Assembly (NCBI GenBank): GCA_900762005.1
Contig: CAAFEV010000196.1
Span: 1-39,868, forward strand
DNA: 39,868 nucleotides
Direction: 5' to 3'
Origin: an uncultured Oscillospiraceae bacterium
GTDB taxonomy: Bacteria; Bacillota; Clostridia; Oscillospirales; Oscillospiraceae
Shown: positions 34,429-39,868 of the stretch, piece after piece
Layout: each line of letters opens with the position of its first letter
Numbering within the stretch: the stretch's first letter is position 1
Notes under the pieces: model-generated
Told to the model about the DNA's origin: nothing
Seen by the model: only the letters and a program-made list of their open reading frames with translations
The model's database searches: none
Made by a program: the position numbers and the translations under genes

Positions 34429-36600
34429 CTATGCCTCCAGTCTGCGGCAAGTAAATAGAATCACCTGCCGCTGCGCCGCCTCGTTTTGCAGGAGTCTGAT
34501 TGCGGCGGCGGCGCGGACTTCATCAAAATTCACAAGCGCATCGTCAAGTAAAATCGGCGCGTCTGGCGGCAGCAGGCGGCGCGACATAGCAAGGCGCAGG
34601 GCAAGATACATCTGATCCGCCGTGCCGCAGCTCATCGCCGCTGCCGGACGCAGGACAACGCCCTGCTCCTCGCTGACGGACAGGCGCATATCCGGGTTGA
34701 GCAGGAGCTTGCGGTATTTACCGTCGGTCAGGACATCTAAAAGCCGGGCCGCCTCCTGCGTGATTTGCGGTGAAAAACGGGCGCGCAGTGCGGCATCGGC
34801 GGCGGTGAGCGCGGCAAGACAGAGATCTGTTGCCTGCACCTTCTGCTGCACGGCGGCAAGCTGCTCCCGCGTTTCGTCCAACTGCTCCTGCAGGGCGGCC
34901 GGCTCCCCCTTGGCGATAATCATCCCCTGCTTTTGCGCAAGCTGCACGGAAAGGCTCTGCACGCGGCGTTCCGCCGTGGTTTTTTCATAGTTGAGCTTCG
35001 CCTCGTCAAAGGCCAGTGCCTCGGCATCCGGCGCAGACACCTGCGTCTTGCCGAAGAGCTGCTGCATGGAGGAAAGCTGCTGCGTCTGCTGTGCAAGGGC
35101 GCGCTGCTCCGTCAAAAGACGGTCATGCGCCTGCAGCGCGGCGGCAATCGCCTCACGGCAGGCAGCAGAGCTGTCTGCCTTCGGCGCAAAGTGCCGTACC
35201 TCAGCAAGCAGCCGGTCTGCCTGCGTCTGCTTCTGCGCAAGGACTTCGGCGGCAGCGGCTTTTTGCTGCCGCAAAGCTTCGGCTTCTGTCTCATATACCT
35301 GCATCTGCGCCTGATATTTCTGCGCCAAGGGGAGAATTTCCGCTGCATCGGAGACGCTATAGCGCAACAGCAGCAATTCCGCCTTGTGCTGCGCCTCTCT
35401 TTGCCCGGCAGCGGAGCGGAGACGAAGCAGCAGCGTGACAGCCACGCCGACGGCACCGAGCGCGGTTAGCGCAGCGGCAATCGGCAGGGAAAGCAGAAAA
35501 AACGCCGCAATGCCGAGGGCAAGCACCAACGCGGAAAGCAGCAGCGGCAGACGCAGGCTCTTCGGTCGGCTGTCCGTCAGCGCAGCATAGTCCGCCGTGT
35601 CCTTTTCGGCGCGGGTGACCGCCTGCTCCGCGCTCATTGCGGTAAAGCAGGCGGGGGCGGTCGGCTTTTCCACACCCTTGGGAGCAAAGGCCGCCTCCAT
35701 CTGTGCGGTTTGCAGCGCGTTCTGCGCCGCATCGAGCTGCCGTTGCAGGGTGGAGAGCGTCTCACGCGGCGGCAGCGCGGCGGTGGTTTCGGCAAGCCGT
35801 TCACAGCGTTGCTGCTGGATGGCCAATTCCTGCTCCAGTGCCTCCAGACCGGCACGTTTTTGCGCGGCTTGGGCACGCTCATAGCGTTGCAGCAGCGCGT
35901 CCGCTTCGGCTTGCGCCTGCTTCGCCTGCGCTAAATCGCTTTCTATGGCAAGCACATCCCCGCGCAGTGTTTCCAGCTCCTGCAAGCCGCGTGTCAGATA
36001 CGCCTCGCGCTCTGTGAGCTGCGGCAGACGTCCGACGCGCCCGACGAGCTTATTCCGGCGGTCCTTCAGCGCGTCCTTCAATTCGGAAAAGGACTTTGCG
36101 CCGTCCTCGCCCGTGGTGACGAGCGCACCGAGCCGTTTTTCCAGCGCGTCGTCTCTTGTGACGCTCAGACCGAGCTGACGGATGAAGGCAGTGCGCTCAA
36201 AAACGGAGCGTTCCACGCCGCAAAGCACTCTGCCGCAGTTTTCCGCCGTTAATTCCGGAACCGCTGCGCCGCCGTCCGTCTCATAGGCACGGAAGCTCCC
36301 CATCGGTGCGCGGGCGGTTCCGGTGCGCTCGATGGTGAGTTTGCGGCCGTTCCAAAGCAAGTCCATGCTGCCCTCCATGGGGCTGCCGTCCCACGGGCGG
36401 TAGCGTTCCTTGGCAGGAAGTCCTTCATTTGCCTTGCTCGTGCGCTCTGTGGTGTCAATGCCGTAGAGCATCGCAAGTAAAAACGCGCTCCACGTCGATT
36501 TTCCCGCCTCGTTTGGCAGGCAGAGCAGATTCATTCCCTCGTGCAGGGTCAGCTCACCGTGCAGCTTGCCGAAGCTGGCGCGCATTTTCAGGATAATCAC
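34429..36600 (-). CDS. YhaN/SbcC(Rad50)-like AAA ATPase with coiled coil and internal TM hairpin
   Basis: PNEAGKST Walker A, MSCGTADQMYLALRLA signature, LLDDALVNFD Walker B, FTC. Confidence 0.88.
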   Translation of the reverse strand: MIILKMRASFGKLHGELTLHEGMNLLCLPNEAGKSTWSAFLLAMLYGIDTTERTSKANEGLPAKERYRPWDGSPMEGSMDLLWNGRKLTIERTGTARAPMGSFRAYETDGGAAVPELTAENCGRVLCGVERSVFERTAFIRQLGLSVTRDDALEKRLGALVTTGEDGAKSFSELKDALKDRRNKLVGRVGRLPQLTEREAYLTRGLQELETLRGDVLAIESDLAQAKQAQAEADALLQRYERAQAAQKRAGLEALEQELAIQQQRCERLAETTAALPPRETLSTLQRQLDAAQNALQTAQMEAAFAPKGVEKPTAPACFTAMSAEQAVTRAEKDTADYAALTDSRPKSLRLPLLLSALVLALGIAAFFLLSLPIAAALTALGAVGVAVTLLLRLRSAAGQREAQHKAELLLLRYSVSDAAEILPLAQKYQAQMQVYETEAEALRQQKAAAAEVLAQKQTQADRLLAEVRHFAPKADSSAACREAIAAALQAHDRLLTEQRALAQQTQQLSSMQQLFGKTQVSAPDAEALAFDEAKLNYEKTTAERRVQSLSVQLAQKQGMIIAKGEPAALQEQLDETREQLAAVQQKVQATDLCLAALTAADAALRARFSPQITQEAARLLDVLTDGKYRKLLLNPDMRLSVSEEQGVVLRPAAAMSCGTADQMYLALRLAMSRRLLPPDAPILLDDALVNFDEVRAAAAIRLLQNEAAQRQVILFTCRRLEA

Positions 36601-37670
36601 AGCGGCACCTCCCGTCCGTCCATTAGGGCAATTCCGAGCTGCGCCGCCTGCGCAATCGTACTGCGCCCGTCTGCGTCGGCGGCATCATAAGCAGCTTTCA
36701 GCTCGCGCAGGAAGTGTCCGCGCAGCGTATCGTCGTCCAGTCCGTCCCACAGTGCGCGCTTTTCCGTCAGCTGATAGCTGATTTTGAGATAAAAACAGGA
36801 ATCGGACAGCGCAGCCTCCAGCGCGGGTTTGTCTATCTCGCCGCTCTCTCCCTTGAGCTGCACGGAGCAGCAGTCGCGCTCATGTCCGCGCAGTGCGGCG
36901 CGGACGGCGGCAAGGGCATCCTTCCCTGCTTCGACATCTATAATTTCATAAGTGCGGCTGTGCAGCGGCACAAATTCCGGCTTGCATTCGGTTTCCGAAA
37001 CGGTGACGCGCAATACGCCCTTCTCGCCGCATTCGTCAAAGCCCCTGCCAATCAGGCAGCCGGGATAGGCGTAGGTTGTCATTCCGGCACGTCCGGCGGC
37101 GCATTTGTGGATGTGTCCGAGGGCGAGATAGGTCAGCCCGGTGGCGGCAATCTCCTCCGGAGTGACAGGGTTATAGGCGGAATCCGGCTGCAAATCGCCG
37201 TGAAGCACCATCAGATTGACGGCGTCCGGATTTTCCACGCGGAAGCCGCGCAGCAGACCGGGCATATGAGCCGCCGTAAAGGACGCTCCGTAAACGTCGC
37301 AGTTGAGGCGGTCAAGATGGATGCACTCCGGCTCCGCCTTGGTGAACAGATGTACGTTTTTCAACGCCTGCCAGCCCTGCGTCAGATAGGGCGAGTCAGC
37401 GGAGAGAAAATCATGATTTCCGGCGGCGATAAAAATCTCCGCTTTGGTCTCGCAGAAAAAGCGGGACAATGCCTCCAGCGTCTCGCGGTAGACATTCGCG
37501 CCGTCAAATAAATCGCCTGAGAGCAAAACAAGATCACACTCACGCGCAAGTACACACAGCTCCCGCAACGCCTCGCGCTGCTCACTGCGGCGCACGGCGG
37601 CAAGCTCCGCCGAAAGCGCGGTAAAGGCGGAATCCAAGTGAAAATCCGCCGCATGGAGCAGCTTAATCAT
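36597..37670 (-). CDS. YhaO/SbcD(Mre11)-like metallophosphoesterase, DNA repair exonuclease
   Basis: HAADFHLD, SGDLFD, AGNHD, YLALGHIH, YPGCLIGRGFDE. Confidence 0.9.
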   Translation of the reverse strand: MIKLLHAADFHLDSAFTALSAELAAVRRSEQREALRELCVLARECDLVLLSGDLFDGANVYRETLEALSRFFCETKAEIFIAAGNHDFLSADSPYLTQGWQALKNVHLFTKAEPECIHLDRLNCDVYGASFTAAHMPGLLRGFRVENPDAVNLMVLHGDLQPDSAYNPVTPEEIAATGLTYLALGHIHKCAAGRAGMTTYAYPGCLIGRGFDECGEKGVLRVTVSETECKPEFVPLHSRTYEIIDVEAGKDALAAVRAALRGHERDCCSVQLKGESGEIDKPALEAALSDSCFYLKISYQLTEKRALWDGLDDDTLRGHFLRELKAAYDAADADGRSTIAQAAQLGIALMDGREVPL

Positions 37671-38439
37671 GGATTGCCACCCTCTCTACGTTGACGCAGC
37701 GTCCGCTGTCGGCATCGACGGTGAACAAACAGCCCTCTAATTTACACGCGCCGTCTGCCGGCTCGTAGCGTCCGGTCAAATCGCCGCGGAATTTTTTTAC
37801 GGATTGCTCTGCGCGGATGCCGAGCACGCCGTTGCGCGGTCCGGTCATGCCGAGGTCGGTCAGATAGCCCGTGCCCTGCGGCAAAACGCGCTCGTCCGCC
37901 GTCTGCACATGGGTGTGCGTGCCCCAGACGGCACTGACTTTACCGTCGAGCATCCAACCCATTGCGAGCTTTTCCGAGGTCGCTTCGGCGTGCAGCTCGA
38001 CAAAAATCAGCTTGGTTTCCATGCGGCGCAAAATTTTATCCACGAGCAGAAAAGGATTGTCCGGCGTGAAGTCCATCGCGCAGCGGCCAATCAGGTCAAT
38101 TACCGCCAAATCGCCGAAGCGCGTCTCATACACGCCCCAGCCGCGTCCCGGCTGCTGCGGCGGTAAATTCGCAGGACGGAGCATCTGCTCCGAGCGTGCG
38201 ATATAGGGGATGATATCACGGCGGTTCCATGTGTGGTTGCCCATGCTGATCACGTCCGCGCCGGCGCGTAAAAGCTCGTCCGCCTGCTCCGGGGAAATGC
38301 CGAGCACCGCTGCATTTTCCCCGTTGACAACGCAGAAATCGATGCTCCGCTCTTTGATTAGCTGCGGTAGCTTACTTTTCAGATAGGTCAGTCCGGCTTC
38401 GGAGACTACGTCTCCGACCGCGAGAAGATTCAGTTCCAT
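37663..38439 (-). CDS. ymdB: YmdB / TIGR00282-family metallophosphoesterase
   Basis: GDVV, NGENAA, MGNHTW, HAEATSEK, GTHTHVQTAD, TDLGMTGP. Confidence 0.92.
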   Translation of the reverse strand: MELNLLAVGDVVSEAGLTYLKSKLPQLIKERSIDFCVVNGENAAVLGISPEQADELLRAGADVISMGNHTWNRRDIIPYIARSEQMLRPANLPPQQPGRGWGVYETRFGDLAVIDLIGRCAMDFTPDNPFLLVDKILRRMETKLIFVELHAEATSEKLAMGWMLDGKVSAVWGTHTHVQTADERVLPQGTGYLTDLGMTGPRNGVLGIRAEQSVKKFRGDLTGRYEPADGACKLEGCLFTVDADSGRCVNVERVAIHD

Positions 38440-38688
38440 GTTCCATGAGTCCTTTCCGATGCAGTTCTTATTTCTTATTATACCGAAAATATTGCGGCAG
38501 TTCAACTTTTTTACGAAAATAATTGCTTTCGTCTAAATACGGCATTTCCCGCCATTTCCCAATATATTGTGTCCGTGAAAAATTTTAACCGCAATTTATT
38601 GTGTTTCGTCTCCCGTTTTCGCGCGTTTTCGCACCCAAATCGGATAAAATAAAAAAGGAGAGAGTTTTACGATACGGGAGGCACAACA

Positions 38689-39537
38689 ATGCGCAGGAGC
38701 AAGGGGCTGTTGGAAAACGGACAGATTTTACATCTGCCCGTCACACAAATTCGTCCAAATCCGTCCCAACCGCGAAAGATTTTTGATGCGGAGGCTCTGC
38801 GTGAGCTGGCAGACAGCATTTCGCAGTACGGCATTTTGCAGCCGTTAACCGTGCGGCGGCAGGGCAGCGGCTATGAACTGGTCGCGGGAGAGCGGCGGCT
38901 GCGTGCAGCTCGCCTTGCGGGGCTGACGGACGTGCCGTGTCTGGTGCTGACGGTGGACGAGGAGCAGTCCGGCATGGTTGCGCTGGTCGAAAACCTGCAG
39001 CGTCGGGATCTGGACTATATTGAGGAGGCGGCGGGTCTGGCGCGGCTGATGCGACTTTACGGGCTGAATCAGGAGCAGGCAGCGGCGCGTGTGGGGAAGA
39101 GTCAGAGCGCGGTCGCCAACAAGCTGCGGCTGCTGCGCCTGTCTGCGCCGGTGCTGGCAAAGCTGCACGAGCATCAGCTCTCGGAGCGACACGCAAGGGC
39201 GTTGCTGCGCCTGTCCACCGAGGAGGAGCGTTTGCAGGTTTTGGAGGGGGTGGTTGCGCGGCAGCTAAACGTGGCGCAGACGGAGGCCTACATCGAGGCG
39301 TTCTTGGAAAAAGAACGCGCGCAGGAGCAGCCACGCGGGAGGCGTCGGCTGCTGGTACGTGATTTGCGGCTGTTTCTCAATTCCGTCAGTCATTCTCTTG
39401 ACCTGATTCGTGGCGCGGGCATTGATGCGCAAGCGACGCAGGAGGAGTCGGACAGCGAGATTGTGCTGACCATCCGTCTGCCGAAAAGCAAGCGGGAGGA
39501 GGGAAAAAAGGACGCCGCTCCGGCAGTTCACTGTTAG
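38689..39537 (+). CDS. ParB/Spo0J-family protein (Noc-like)
   Basis: IRPNPSQPRKIF, GILQPLTVR, LVAGERRLRAA, ENLQRRDL, GKSQSAVANKLRLL, SERHARALL; C-terminal RDLRLFLNSV. Confidence 0.92.
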   Translation: MRRSKGLLENGQILHLPVTQIRPNPSQPRKIFDAEALRELADSISQYGILQPLTVRRQGSGYELVAGERRLRAARLAGLTDVPCLVLTVDEEQSGMVALVENLQRRDLDYIEEAAGLARLMRLYGLNQEQAAARVGKSQSAVANKLRLLRLSAPVLAKLHEHQLSERHARALLRLSTEEERLQVLEGVVARQLNVAQTEAYIEAFLEKERAQEQPRGRRRLLVRDLRLFLNSVSHSLDLIRGAGIDAQATQEESDSEIVLTIRLPKSKREEGKKDAAPAVHC

Positions 39538-39609
39538 CTCTTCAGCGTCCGCACGCCGCGGTGAAATGGAGAAAGCCGTTCGCATACGGAAAAAGGGAGA
39601 AATGAGAGA

Positions 39610-39647
39610 GCCCGCCCGACTGCCGATAAAAGCAGCCGGGCGGGTTT
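39610..39647 (+). terminator. putative terminator after the ParB-like gene
   Basis: GCCCGCCCGACTGC...GCAGCCGGGCGGGT followed by TT. Confidence 0.6.
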
Positions 39648-39868
39648 GTATCCTCTTATTTTTTGTCTTTCAGGGCTGCCTGTGCAGAACGATACTCAGG
39701 TAGGTCTTTAGGTACAACGGCACCGCATCCATCAAGCACACTGGCGTATGACAAGTAAGATGGCGAATTACCGCCGTTTTGGTCTTTTCAGATAAAATTT
39801 GATGAAGCACAGGTATTTCGCAAATCTTTCGGTTACTACCTCAGACCAAATCAGTGGGAAGATATAAC

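Noticed and set aside
39650..39868. 3' end of a minus-strand gene at the window edge
   Set aside because: The minus-strand frames are short or interrupted by stops and show no recognisable motif
1..39868. CRISPR array, tRNA, rRNA or parS site
   Set aside because: No regularly spaced repeats, cloverleaf or rRNA-like sequence, or TGTTTCACGTGAAACA-like palindrome was found by eye

Overview
Chromosomal window from a GC-rich Bacillota genome, most likely Clostridia (inferred from gene content and sigmaA-type promoters). Housekeeping genes lie at both sides. Left: rpsF-ssb-rpsR. Right: psd, a THF riboswitch with folT-folC, trmK, Nif3, YebC, a TtcA-like gene, rplM-rpsI, nth, ung, TatD, YhaO/YhaN-like, YmdB-like and ParB/Noc-like genes. 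Between them (~2.4-22.9 kb) is a ~20 kb divergent, hybrid RiPP-like locus. Its leftward arm encodes an NHLP-type export system (short accessory protein, C39 peptidase/ABC, second ABC), a 67-aa protein with a leader-like motif and an ECF sigma factor. Its rightward arm encodes a nucleotidyltransferase and two unrelated candidate precursor peptides: one with a double-Gly leader and a 1-Ser/1-Cys core, and one with a YxxP leader and a Tyr/Thr-rich 3-Cys core. These are followed by an HPr-kinase-like protein, a PqqD/RRE, a radical SAM/SPASM enzyme, a very short CCG-type LanM, an S26 peptidase, an ABC exporter, a formyltransferase, a DUF2156 transferase, a MATE-HATPase fusion and a PP2C/RsbW/STAS partner-switching module. 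Non-coding signals include a two-state RNA structure over the radical SAM RBS, an ECF-type promoter before the precursors, an anomalous PP2C/RsbW junction and nested REP-like repeats. No integrase, transposase, tRNA, rRNA or CRISPR array was seen. All family calls come from motif recognition by eye, not database searches.
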